The notes under the pieces were generated by a model. It was given only the letters and a program-made list of their open reading frames with translations, did not search any database and had not been told where the DNA came from. From contig CATLUC010000002.1 of assembly GCA_950059165.1 (NCBI GenBank), positions 1,971-50,842 on the forward strand: a DNA stretch of 48,872 nt, read 5' to 3'. A program made the translations under genes and the position numbers. This DNA is from an uncultured Clostridium sp. (lineage in GTDB: Bacteria > Bacillota > Clostridia > TANB77 > CAG-508). Numbering within the stretch: position 1 is the stretch's first letter; every line of letters starts with the position of its first letter. Shown piece by piece: positions 31,989 through 41,953 of the stretch.

Positions 31989-32255
31989 ATGCCAAATATT
32001 AAATCAGCCAAAAAAAGAGTTAAAGTAATTGAGAAAAAAACTTTAAGAAATAATATGATAAAGTCTGGATATAAAACAGCTGTTAAAAAGTTTGAAGAGG
32101 CTATTGCAAGTGGAAATATTGAAGAAGCTAAAACATTATTGTCTGAAGCTACTAAAAAAATCGACCAAGCTTGCACAAAAGGTGTTATTGTAAAAAACAC
32201 AGCAGCTAGAAAAAAATCTAACTTATCTAAAAAATTAAATGCAGCTATGGCTTAA
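31989..32255 (+). CDS. rpsT: 30S ribosomal protein S20
   Basis: [31 protein letters not shown] at 31971-31977. The GTG start used by the track overlaps the RBS. Confidence 0.9.
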   Translation: MPNIKSAKKRVKVIEKKTLRNNMIKSGYKTAVKKFEEAIASGNIEEAKTLLSEATKKIDQACTKGVIVKNTAARKKSNLSKKLNAAMA

Positions 32256-32409
32256 AACTATAATAAAAATTATGCATAGTTTTTATTAAAAAACTCACTT
32301 TGAAGTGGGTTTTTTTGTTGACAATAAATGTAAATCGTTGTAAAATAATTATGTAATGCTTATAATGAAGATGGAGAATTAATAAAAATTAAAGGATTGG
32401 AGTGATCTT

Positions 32410-32646
32410 ATGAACCCAAAAGCTATAGATGTAAAAGTTTTAGACAATTACGAATTAGAGATATTATTTGACAATTCTGAAAAAAGAAAATTTGATGTAA
32501 AACCATATTTTAAGTTTAAACAATTTAAGAGTTTGGAAAATATAGAAATGTTCCAAACGGTTAAAATATCTGGTTTATCCATTGAATGGAAAAATGGTGC
32601 TGATATTTGTCCAGATGAATTATATAATAATAGTAAATCACTTTAA
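32410..32646 (+). CDS. DUF2442-family small protein
   Basis: VKVLDNYELEILFDNSEKRKFDV...IEWKNGADICPDELY is the typical DUF2442 pattern. Confidence 0.65.
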   Translation: MNPKAIDVKVLDNYELEILFDNSEKRKFDVKPYFKFKQFKSLENIEMFQTVKISGLSIEWKNGADICPDELYNNSKSL

Positions 32647-32749
32647 AAGCTCTTTATAATGTATTTTTTTGTTAGTAACAATTTCCATTGTTTTTTAGTA
32701 TATTTCATGTTACTATTAATTTATGATAAATTTATTTTAGAGGTGGAAT

Positions 32750-33001
32750 ATGTTAAAAAAAGTATTAGATAATTTTAAGAATTTAGATAAATTAACCTAT
32801 AAAATCATGAACTATGGTTTAAAATTTTGCTTTGTTGTTTGTATCTTGTCTGTATTAATTTTACTTACATATAACTTAGCTTTTGCTTCCCCTTTTATGT
32901 TTTACATAGGCATAAATTTATTTAAAATAAGTCTTATCTTTGGAATAGAGTTTGTGGTTTGTGGTTTTATTGTTGATGGAATAAAAAAGCAATTGATTTA
33001 A
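32750..33001 (+). CDS. Small two-TM membrane protein, unknown function
   Basis: GAGGTGG RBS before the ATG and two hydrophobic helices. Confidence 0.45.
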   Translation: MLKKVLDNFKNLDKLTYKIMNYGLKFCFVVCILSVLILLTYNLAFASPFMFYIGINLFKISLIFGIEFVVCGFIVDGIKKQLI

Positions 33002-33011
33002 TTGCTTTTTT

Positions 33012-34209
33012 TCACTTTAATAAAAAATCTATTATATTTATTACTTCTATCCCCTCAATTTGTTTATTTTTTACTCTATCCATTGTTAGAATAACTTTTT
33101 TGTAATTATCTTTTATATCTAGCAAAGAATTTTTTTCTCGTTCTTCAACCTTTTCATCTAATATACTTCTTGTCACTTGATAATATATTCTTTCATTAGG
33201 CTTAATTGCAATAAAATCTATTTCTAAATCGTTATACTTTCCTACATAAACTTCATATCCGTCTGCGAAGTAATTCTATATATATTAAATTTTCTAAGCT
33301 ACTTCCACTATCATAAGACGAAAGTCCATCTACAATATTTTTTAGACCATTATCTACAAAATAATATTTTCCTTGTGTTTTTAATAGTTGCTTCCCTTTT
33401 AATTCATATCTTGGAACTCTATATATAAAATAAGCATTCTCAATCATTTTTAAATATGAATCAACAGTTTCATTTGTAACTGTACTACCATTTTTACGCA
33501 TAAATTCTGATATATTATTTGACGTAGTTAAATTTCCTATACATGATGCCATATATTTTATTAAGTTATCTAAAAAAACAATGTCTTTTATTTTGTTTCT
33601 ACCTATCACATCTTTTTTTAAAACAACTTCCTTAATATCTGTTAAGTAATTGATAATTAAATCTTCATTATCATTCATATTAACAAGCATAGGCATTCCA
33701 CCAAATTTTAAATATTTATCAAATTTATCATATTTATCTTCGCCTTCTTTAAATGGATATTCTTCTATAAATTCTTTAAATGAAAATGGATATATTTTTA
33801 TTGTTAAAACTCTGCCTGCAAGCAGTGTTGTTAATTCACTTGACAAAAGATATGCATTTGAACCTGTTATATAAATATCACAGTCTATATCAACTAAAAG
33901 TGAATTTACAGCTTTTTCCCAGGCTTCTACATTTTGAACTTCATCTAACAAAATATAATTTTTGCCTTCTGAAATATTTTCTTTAATATAATTATATAAG
34001 TCTTTATAGTCTTTTATATCATACCATTTGGCACTTTCAAAATTCATATATATAATGTTTTTATCTAGAATTTTTTGAGAGATTAAATATTCTCGATATT
34101 GCAATAATAAAGTACTTTTTCCACTTCTTCTTACTCCTGTTATTACTTTTATTAAATTTAAGTCTTTGCTTTCCACTAATTGATTTAAATAATATTCTCT
34201 TTTTAACAT
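33012..34209 (-). CDS. AAA-type ATPase with a DUF4143 C-terminal domain. One zero-frame CGG +1 break (extra C at 33261).
   Basis: Walker A GVRRSGKST and Walker B ILLDEVQ. The track ORF ends ELLRRRI*. Dropping the C gives [34 protein letters not shown]...IDFLLK* (stop at 33012-33014). Confidence 0.85.
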
Positions 34210-34547
34210 ACCTATCCTCCATAAAAATGTATATTAAATACTTTTATTTTATTTTACAATACTATTTAATTTTTGTCAAGTTTTACGGTTGTAACCGTAA
34301 AACTTTTGAATTTATTATTTTTTACGGATATGTATGTGGTTGTTTATTTATAATATAAGTCAAGTAAAGCAGTAACAGTTTGTTCTGGAGTCATAGGTGT
34401 TTCCGGGTTATTTATGTAAATTGCCCCGTATGGATTTCTAGTTGATTTAATATTAGAATGACGCAACTCATAAAATTTATAATAATTAGAATATGGGTAA
34501 ACAGTTTCGTAACCTGGTCTTACTGTATAATCCCCATTATTCCCTAA

Positions 34548-35506
34548 CTATGTTGTTGTTAATCCGATCTTTTTTTGCTGCAATAATAATAAAATTTTGC
34601 CAACCCGTATCATATGCAAAAGCTATTAGACAATTGCAGGTTTTATTAGGAGTAAGAGTCCAAGACCCACCATAAATATTGCTTAATTCAGCTGCTACAA
34701 CACCTGAATTGATAGTTTTACAATATGTTGCATTATAACACTTTGTTTTTCCAACTTTTGTTACTGGATTTTGAATTTCATTTCCAGTATTATCTCTTAC
34801 CTTTACTTCTACTGTACATTGTACTCCTGTAAAATCTCCATATATATTGTCAAACTTATATGTTGTATCTGTTGTCCATTTAGACCATTCTCCACCATTT
34901 AATCTATAACTATATCCTGCAATTCCACTTTCTGAATCAGTTTCAGTTTCCTTAAAATCCTCTGATTTTGTTACTGTTACTGTCATTGATTTTTTTCCCT
35001 CTACCAAATTAGCTACTTCTAATACTTTTGGAGGATTTTTATCTATCTTTGTTATTTTTCCGACTTGCTACAGCACTTACTAAGTCATTACTTACATATA
35101 GATCCTTTATTATGCAATTATTTACTACTGTAATTTCTCCTGTATATACTATACCATTATCAATTCCTGGTTCACTTCCATCTATTGTATATTTTGTAGT
35201 ACATTTTTCTTTAGTAGTAATTGTTACTTTTTTTCCCTCTTTACCTGCCCAATTATCTTTGTTTTCTATTGTTATTACTGGTATCTCATTAGACATTATT
35301 AACATTATATTTTCCATTTGACTTAGTTTCTCTTCCTCATCTAATTGAGCTTCCTCAGTATTTTCTTTCGCCTTTTTAGCCTTGCTTAGAATTCCATTTT
35401 CACCTGTTAGTGTTGCAATAGTTATCCCTGCCAAAATTAGCAAAATTATAATTGTTATAACAAGTACAATCAAAGTTATTCCTTTGTTTAATTTAGTACT
35501 TTTCAT
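34548..35506 (-). CDS. Pilin-like-leader surface protein P4 (Ig/fibronectin-like modules). A zero-frame CGG +1 break at 35062 and a second at 34566 that leads to a TAG stop at 34548-34550.
   Basis: MKSTKLNKG-ITLIVLVITIIILLILAGITIATLTGENGILSKA. ..VSAVAS then, after dropping the C, GKITKIDKNPPKVLEVANLVEGKKSMTVTV.., joining ORFs 35039-35506 and 34537-35007. The 3' end is ambiguous (see findings). Confidence 0.7.
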
Positions 35507-35621
35507 TAGTTCATTCCTCCAATTCCATTTTTATAAAAACATTATACAGTAATTTTAAGGTATTTGCAAGTATCTTATTTATAAGTATATTTTATATTAA
35601 AATTTTAGTAGAGGTGGTATT

Positions 35622-35828
35622 ATGCTAAGTTTTAACATTGAAAAATTATTGAAGAAAAATGGAAAATCTAAATATTGGCTTTGCCAACAAATGAATATTA
35701 CAACAAGAAACTTAAATAGAATTATTCGTGGAGAAACAACTTCAATTTCTTTTAAATACTTAGAAGATTTGTGTAAATATTTAGAGTGTTCTATAAGTGA
35801 ACTTATAAATATCGAAAATCAAAAATAG
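35622..35828 (+). CDS. XRE-family helix-turn-helix regulator (68 aa)
   Basis: KSKYWLCQQMNITTRNLNRIIRGE..ISFKYLEDLCKYLECSISELI. GAGGTGG RBS. Divergent from P4. Confidence 0.7.
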   Translation: MLSFNIEKLLKKNGKSKYWLCQQMNITTRNLNRIIRGETTSISFKYLEDLCKYLECSISELINIENQK

Positions 35829-35845
35829 GTTTAACTAACATAAAA

Positions 35846-35960
35846 ATATCGCAAAGGAAAAACATCCTATGCGATATTACAAATAGGATTTTGGGGCCGT
35901 CCCCAAATCCTATAAAATTTACATAAAAATGTCGCAAGGGAAACGTCCTGGGCGCGACAT
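35846..35960. repeat. Cluster of three GC-enriched hairpin repeats/terminators between the convergent XRE gene and gatB
   Basis: ATATCGCA..TGCGATAT at 35846-35877. TAGGATTTTGGGG-CCGT-CCCCAAATCCTA at 35884-35912. ATGTCGCAAGGGAAACGTCC..CGACAT at 35929-35960. Relatives are at 7609-7640 and 20781-20809. Confidence 0.65.
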
Positions 35961-37396
35961 TATTTCATTTCCTCTAAAAACATTTTGTTTAACATTTGTG
36001 GATTTGCTTGTCCTTTTGTTTCTTTCATTGCTTGTCCCACTAAGAAACCTAAAGCTCTATCTTTACCAGCTTTGTAATCTGCTATTGATTGAGGGTTTGC
36101 TTGTAATACTTTTAGTACTACTTCTTTTATAGCATTTTCATCTGATATTTGTATCCAACCTTTTTCTTTTATTATTTCTTCTGGGTCTCTTGGATTTTCA
36201 AATAGCTCTACTAATACTTTTTTTCCTATGCTTGAGCTTATTGTTCCTTTATCTATTAATATTACTAGCTTTGCCAACTGTTGACTGTCAAATGGTATTT
36301 CAATTGGGTCTGTTTCTGTTTCATTTAAAATTCTAGATATGTCTGATATAATCCAGTTGTTTACTGCTTTTGCATTATTACATATTTTTGTTGCCTCTTC
36401 AAATAAGTCTGATAAATATTTAGAAGATGTGATTAAATTAGCATCTTTTTCGGATAATTTATATTCTTCTAAATACCTTATTTTTCTGCTTTCTGGCAAT
36501 TCTGGCAAAGTTTTCTTGATGTTTTCTATATATTCTTCAGATAATTTAATTGCAACCAAGTCTGGGTCTGGAAAATATCTGTAATCTTGTGCATCTTCTT
36601 TATCCCTCATTGAAAATGTTTTTCCAGATACATCATCCCATCTTAGAGTCTCTTGCTCTATTGTACCTCCCTCTTCTATTACATCTATTTGTCTATCTAC
36701 TTCATATTCTATTGCTCTTGTAATACTTCTAAAAGAGTTCATATTTTTCATTTCTGTACGAGTTCCAAGTTTTGTATCTCCCTTTTTTCTAACAGATACA
36801 TTTACATCTGCTCTTAATGACCCCTCTTGCATTTTACAGTCTGATACTTCTATGTATTCCAAAATAGATTTTAGTTTTCTTAAGTATTTTTCTGTTTCAC
36901 TACTGCTTCTAATATCTGGTTCAGAAACAATTTCAATTAGTGGAACTCCTGCTCTATTTAAGTCAACCAAACTTCCACCACCAAATTCGTCATGATTTAG
37001 TTTCCCTGCATCTTCTTCTATATGAATTCTAGTTAAACCTATTCTTTTCTTGCCATTTTCTGTTTCGATTTCTACATATCCATGTTCACACAATGGTTTG
37101 TCAAATTGTGATATTTGATAAGCTTTTGGCAAGTCTGGATAAAAATAGTTTTTTCTATCATTTTTACTGTCTCTTGAAATTTCACAATTTGTTGCTAAAC
37201 CTGCTTTTACAGCATATTCAATAACTTTTTCGTTTAGCACTGGCAAAGTTCCTGGCATAGCCATACAAATTGGACAAGTTTGTGTATTTGGCTCAGCTCC
37301 AAATTTTGTTGGACAAGAACAAAATATTTTTGTTTTTGTTGAAAGCTCTGCATGAACTTCTAACCCAATTACTACTTCATAATCTTCTCTTGACAT
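35960..37396 (-). CDS. gatB: Asp/Glu-tRNA(Asn/Gln) amidotransferase subunit B
   Basis: YEVVIGLEVHAELSTKTKIFC...NVSVR...GFLVGQAMKETKGQANP. Confidence 0.95.
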   Translation of the reverse strand: MSREDYEVVIGLEVHAELSTKTKIFCSCPTKFGAEPNTQTCPICMAMPGTLPVLNEKVIEYAVKAGLATNCEISRDSKNDRKNYFYPDLPKAYQISQFDKPLCEHGYVEIETENGKKRIGLTRIHIEEDAGKLNHDEFGGGSLVDLNRAGVPLIEIVSEPDIRSSSETEKYLRKLKSILEYIEVSDCKMQEGSLRADVNVSVRKKGDTKLGTRTEMKNMNSFRSITRAIEYEVDRQIDVIEEGGTIEQETLRWDDVSGKTFSMRDKEDAQDYRYFPDPDLVAIKLSEEYIENIKKTLPELPESRKIRYLEEYKLSEKDANLITSSKYLSDLFEEATKICNNAKAVNNWIISDISRILNETETDPIEIPFDSQQLAKLVILIDKGTISSSIGKKVLVELFENPRDPEEIIKEKGWIQISDENAIKEVVLKVLQANPQSIADYKAGKDRALGFLVGQAMKETKGQANPQMLNKMFLEEMK

Positions 37397-37479
37397 TCTA
37401 TTTACTCCTTTTTTATTATTTAATAATTTTTTAATTTCTTTAAGTCTTCTTTAACACATTTAAATGGTTTTGTAATATA

Positions 37480-38943
37480 TTAAACTTTTGGGTTATAATT
37501 TTCTCTAAATTTTATTGCTTGTTCAAATGTGTATGCTGCATTTAATATTGTTTCCTCACAGAATTTATTTCCAATTAATTGCATACCAATTGGCATTTGC
37601 TCTTTATCAACACCACATGGAATAGATATTGCTGGAAGTCCTGCTACATTAACAGAAACTGTACAAATATCTGCTAAATACATTTCTAGTGGATTATTAG
37701 ATTTTGAACCTATATCAAATGCTACTGTTGGTGATGTTGGTGTTAAAATAACATCATATTTTTCAAATGCTTTGTTGAATTCATTTACTACCAAAGTACG
37801 TACCTTTTGGGCTTTTTTGTAATATGCGTCATAATATCCAGAAGATAACACATAAGTTCCTAAAATAATTCTTCTTTTTACTTCAGGTCCAAACCCTTCA
37901 CTTCTTGATTTTTTATATATTTCTTTTAAATTTTTAAATTCTGGTGTACGATATGTATAACGAATTCCATCAAATCTACCTAAATTTGAACTAGCTTCTG
38001 CACATGCAATTATATAGTATGTAGCTAATGCATAGTTTGCAATATCTAATGAAAATTCTTCTATTTTTGCTCCTAGTTCTTTGTACTTCTCTATTGCTTT
38101 TTCTAATGATGCTTTTACTTCTTCATTAATTCCTTCTCCAAAAAATTCTTTTGGAACTCCTATTTTAAGGTCTTTTACATCATTTTTTAAAGCTTTCAAA
38201 TAATCTACTTTTTCCTTATCACTTGATGTAGTATCTTTTTCATCATGTCCTGCAATAATGTTTAAAAGCATAGCACTATCTCTTACATCTTTTGTAATTG
38301 GTCCTATTTGGTCTAAAGATGAAGCAAATGCGACTAAACCATACCTAGAAATTAGCCCATAAGTAGGTTTTAAGCCTACTACACCACAAAAACTAGCAGG
38401 TTGCCTAATTGAACCACCTGTATCTGAGCCTAATGCCCATGGTACTAATTTTGCTGCTACTGCTGCAGCTGACCCCCCTGATGACCCACCAGGTACTTTA
38501 TTTAAGTTCCATGGATTTCTTGTTTTTTTGAAATATGAATATTCTGTTGAACTTCCCATTGCAAATTCATCCATATTTAATTTTCCTAAATTAACCATAT
38601 TTTCTTCTTCTAATTTTTCGATAACTGTTGCATTATATGGAGCAACAAAGTTTTCTAACATTTTAGAACTACAAGTTGTTTTTATTCCTTTTGTACATAT
38701 GTTGTCTTTAATTCCTATTGGAATTCCTGCCAAATCTCCTTTTATTTCTCCATTATCTATTTTTTCTTGAATATCTTTAGCTTGTTCTAAAGCTTGCTCT
38801 CCTAAAGGAGTAACAAAGGCTTGTACATCTTTTTCTTTTTCTTCAATTCTGTCTGTGTATGCTTTTGTTATATCTAATATTGTTAATTCTTTATTTTTTA
38901 ACTTTTCTTGCAATTCATGTACAGTTAAATCTGTAATATCCAT
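37480..38943 (-). CDS. gatA: Glu-tRNA(Gln) amidotransferase subunit A
   Basis: Amidase signature [13 protein letters not shown]...[12 protein letters not shown]. Confidence 0.95.
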   Translation of the reverse strand: MDITDLTVHELQEKLKNKELTILDITKAYTDRIEEKEKDVQAFVTPLGEQALEQAKDIQEKIDNGEIKGDLAGIPIGIKDNICTKGIKTTCSSKMLENFVAPYNATVIEKLEEENMVNLGKLNMDEFAMGSSTEYSYFKKTRNPWNLNKVPGGSSGGSAAAVAAKLVPWALGSDTGGSIRQPASFCGVVGLKPTYGLISRYGLVAFASSLDQIGPITKDVRDSAMLLNIIAGHDEKDTTSSDKEKVDYLKALKNDVKDLKIGVPKEFFGEGINEEVKASLEKAIEKYKELGAKIEEFSLDIANYALATYYIIACAEASSNLGRFDGIRYTYRTPEFKNLKEIYKKSRSEGFGPEVKRRIILGTYVLSSGYYDAYYKKAQKVRTLVVNEFNKAFEKYDVILTPTSPTVAFDIGSKSNNPLEMYLADICTVSVNVAGLPAISIPCGVDKEQMPIGMQLIGNKFCEETILNAAYTFEQAIKFRENYNPKV

Positions 38944-39006
38944 TAAAAATCCTCCTTTAATTACTTTTTTCTAATCTGTTTAAATTTATCATATTTTAAG
39001 AGCTTT

Positions 39007-39294
39007 TTAATTAATTACTTTTGGTATTTTAAACATATTTTGCTCTTTTTCCATGGCATTTTGTAATAGACTTTCAGTGTCTTCAAATACTTTTACTTCG
39101 TCTTTTCTAAATACATTTTTTGCTTCATTTGCGCCTATTGTTAATTCTAAATTCTCTACTGGTGCATTGTTAACTATGTTTGCAAAGTTTAGAATGTCTT
39201 GTAAATTTACTAAATAATTTTCAATCTCATTTTCTTCTATACTTAAATATGCTAAATTGGCAATGTGTAAAATTTCTTCTTCACTTACTTGCAT
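39007..39294 (-). CDS. gatC: Amidotransferase subunit C (start uncertain: 39294 or 39303)
   Basis: MQVSEEEILHIANLAYLSIEENE...FRKDEV. The 5' part of the track ORF overlaps a likely promoter (-10 TATAAT is the reverse complement of 39331-39336). Confidence 0.85.
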   Translation of the reverse strand: MQVSEEEILHIANLAYLSIEENEIENYLVNLQDILNFANIVNNAPVENLELTIGANEAKNVFRKDEVKVFEDTESLLQNAMEKEQNMFKIPKVIN

Positions 39295-39350
39295 AAAGTT
39301 CATCCCTTTCTCTTTCAAAATTCGTTTATTATTATATACTTTTTTTGCCA

Positions 39351-39378
39351 AAAAAACAAGCTATTTAGGCTTGTTTTT
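39351..39378. terminator. Bidirectional hairpin AAAAAACAAGC-TATTTAG-GCTTGTTTTTT after P5
   Basis: 11-bp stem flanked by A and T runs. It abuts the P5 stop codon. Confidence 0.55.
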
Positions 39379-41774
39379 TAATCAGACATATCAATTTTTT
39401 TAAATGTTACTGTTCCATTTCCACCATTTCCACCATTAGCACAAGCATATGGATATGTTCCTCTTGTTCCTGTTCCCCCTATTCCTCCTGTTACTTCTCC
39501 TCCGATACTTCCACTTACTGTATTTCCATAGAACACATTTATACTTCCTCCACCAGAGCCTGCACCTGCTGCTCTATAAGCTGAGCCTCCATTTGCTCCA
39601 TTTGCTGTAATCTTTCCTGCATTTACAAAATTCTTGGCATAAATAATCAATAATCCACCTGTTCCATTTGCTCCTGGTTCTGCTGTTGAATTTCCTTCTC
39701 CTGTACCTCCTGGATTTCCAGCACCACCACCAACTCCCCATGTCCATCTCTTTTCTCCTGTTCCATTTCCTCCTGCTCCTCCATTAGTTGGTGCATCTGT
39801 ACCACTTAATCCATCTCCACATACTCCTCCTGCTCCAGTTCCACCAGAATAACTAGTTCCACTACTTCCTGCTCCAGAAAATCCATTTGTTCCGGTAATC
39901 TCCTTCTACACGTGCTCCTCCGTCCGTCCCCCTCCTGTCATTCTTCCTGTACCATTTATACCTACATTTCCGATGATATCCTGTTAGGGAATTTCCTCTA
40001 CCATAAATTCTTGCACCTCCTGCACCACCTGTTGCTGGTACTGTTTCATAAGTATTATTTACGTTTTTCCACAAATATACATTTTGTCCGTGGAGCTTTT
40101 GCTCCTGCATTATTTTGAATAGTTGAGCCACTGGCAATTGTCAATGTTCCTGTTACATACAAGAAAAATCCTTTTGGCCCTCCATATTGTGTACTATAAG
40201 GTCCTATAGATCCATTTCCAAGGGCTGCATGTCCAACTTTTAAATCTCCATTTACCTTTACAACAACCATTCTAGTTGCATTTCCACTTTGAGTACCTAC
40301 ATCATTTGCATCTCCAAAAGTACGATTTCCTGTCCATGTAGCTCCTTTATCAAAATAATACATATGAATCTTGTATGTTTCTCCATTTACTTTTATGTCA
40401 TAATATCCACTTTCGTTTATTGCTTCTATTCCTTTTATTAAACTTTCTGAATTTGGGTCATAGTTAATAGTGACACCATAAACATGCCTATGTTCTTTCT
40501 TATTTCCAGCATTATCAATTGCTAATATATGCAAATAATATATTCCTGCTCCTTTTGGTTTTAATGTTAATGTTTCTTTTTCTGATGTAAATGTTCCTGT
40601 ATAATTTGCTTCATCAGTCCCTATATCAGTAGCTACTGTATTATAAACCCATTTACATTTACTAATATCTACTCCACTTTGTTCATCCTTTATTTCAACA
40701 TCTGCTGTAATTGTAGATTTTGTATCAGATGAACTTGCACTTAATTTAACTGTTACCTTTGGAGCTGTTGTATCTTGATCAACTATAACACCTTGTTTTG
40801 ATATGGTTTCTCTCCTGTTTCCAGCATTGTCCACTGATAAAACATGTAAATAATAGGTTCCCGTACTTGAACATTTTATAGTTAGAATATCTTCTTTTTC
40901 TTTTTTAAAACTTCTAGTATATTTTGATATTACATCATCAGTTGTCCCAATTGATCCTTTTGTACGTGTCAAAATATATTTACAATTAGTTATATCAATG
41001 CCACTTCCACCCATATCACTTTGTGTTACTGTTGCTGTGACACTTTCTCCTATTAACATCTCACTTTTATTAAGTTCAATATTTGCTTCATTTGGACCTA
41101 TTTTATCTATATTTTTTACATTTCCTGTTGCTACACATATAACTTCATATAATTCATTTATTAATCTTGCATGAATTGCTCCATTTTCCTCAAATGTATA
41201 TTCCTTTTCGTATTTTTGCCATGTCTTTCCATCTAGTGAATATTGTAATTCAGCTTTATTTAAAAGTTCACTTGAAGCTGAAATACCAACTGTTACATTT
41301 TGGTTTGTCCATTCTTTTTCTTCAGGTGATGGATTATATGTAAATACTATATTGCTTTCTTCAAGTGTAGGCTCGTTACTTTCTCCTTTAGTTCCTAAGT
41401 ATTTTATCTCTTTTTCTGTTATTTTGTACACGTAATTTTCTTTTGTTATTACATTTATTTCTTCATCACTTTTTCTAATTATTTGTGCTTTATCGAATTT
41501 TTCCTCTTTTTGAATTTCTTTTGTAACTTCATCTAAAAATTTTTTATTGTCCCAATTTTCAATTATTTTATCTGGTCTTAACCCATTTGCAATTATCTTT
41601 AAAATTTCTTCATATTCCTTTTTCTTAGTTTCCTCTCCTGATGTATTTGCTTTATTTAATATTCCGGTTTTCTCCTGTTAAACTTGCAATTGTTACTCCT
41701 ACAAGTATTAGCAAAGCTATTATTGTAATAATAAGTGCTATTAATGTTATTCCCTTTTTTGTTTTCATATTCAT
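39378..41774 (-). CDS. Pilin-like-leader surface protein P5 (~797 aa: shared P2-like N-terminal region, Ig-like modules, Gly-rich C-terminus). Six zero-frame CGG +1 breaks.
   Basis: MNMKTKKG-ITLIALIITIIALLILVGVTIASLTGEN then, after dropping the C, GILNKANTSGEETKKKEYEEILKIIANGLRP. Breaks (plus-strand CCG) are at 41664, 40088, 39970, 39924, 39920 and 39892. They link ORFs 40055-41431, 39862-40137 and 39378-39650 into one frame ending ..GNGGNGTVTFKKIDMSD*. Confidence 0.8.
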
Positions 41775-41953
41775 TTTTATACATTCTTCTCTCTTTCTTT
41801 TGTTTTTACGTTTTTATTGTAACAGTGTATTGCATAATTTAGAATATGTAACATTAAGTTTTCATAAATTCTTTATTGTAAATTTTATCATACTTATTAA
41901 CAACTTTTCTCTAGTAATGATAAAATTATTAATACAAAGGAGTGTGAATTATA

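Noticed and set aside
31967-32200. Minus-strand 77-aa ORF
   Set aside because: It is antisense to the clearly identified rpsT gene.
34537-34566. A second kind of shift (skip the A of zero-frame AGG at about 34545) to reach the open P4 tail frame
   Set aside because: AGG is used as a normal Arg codon at a conserved position in this window (rplK ..EGTARSMG..). It would also require the CGG at 34566 to be read in frame, contradicting all other sites.
39378-40140. The Gly-rich stretch as non-coding low-complexity DNA or three separate small genes
   Set aside because: A single frame is maintained once the CGG sites are skipped. It is contiguous with the upstream Ig-like region and ends at a stop followed by a terminator.
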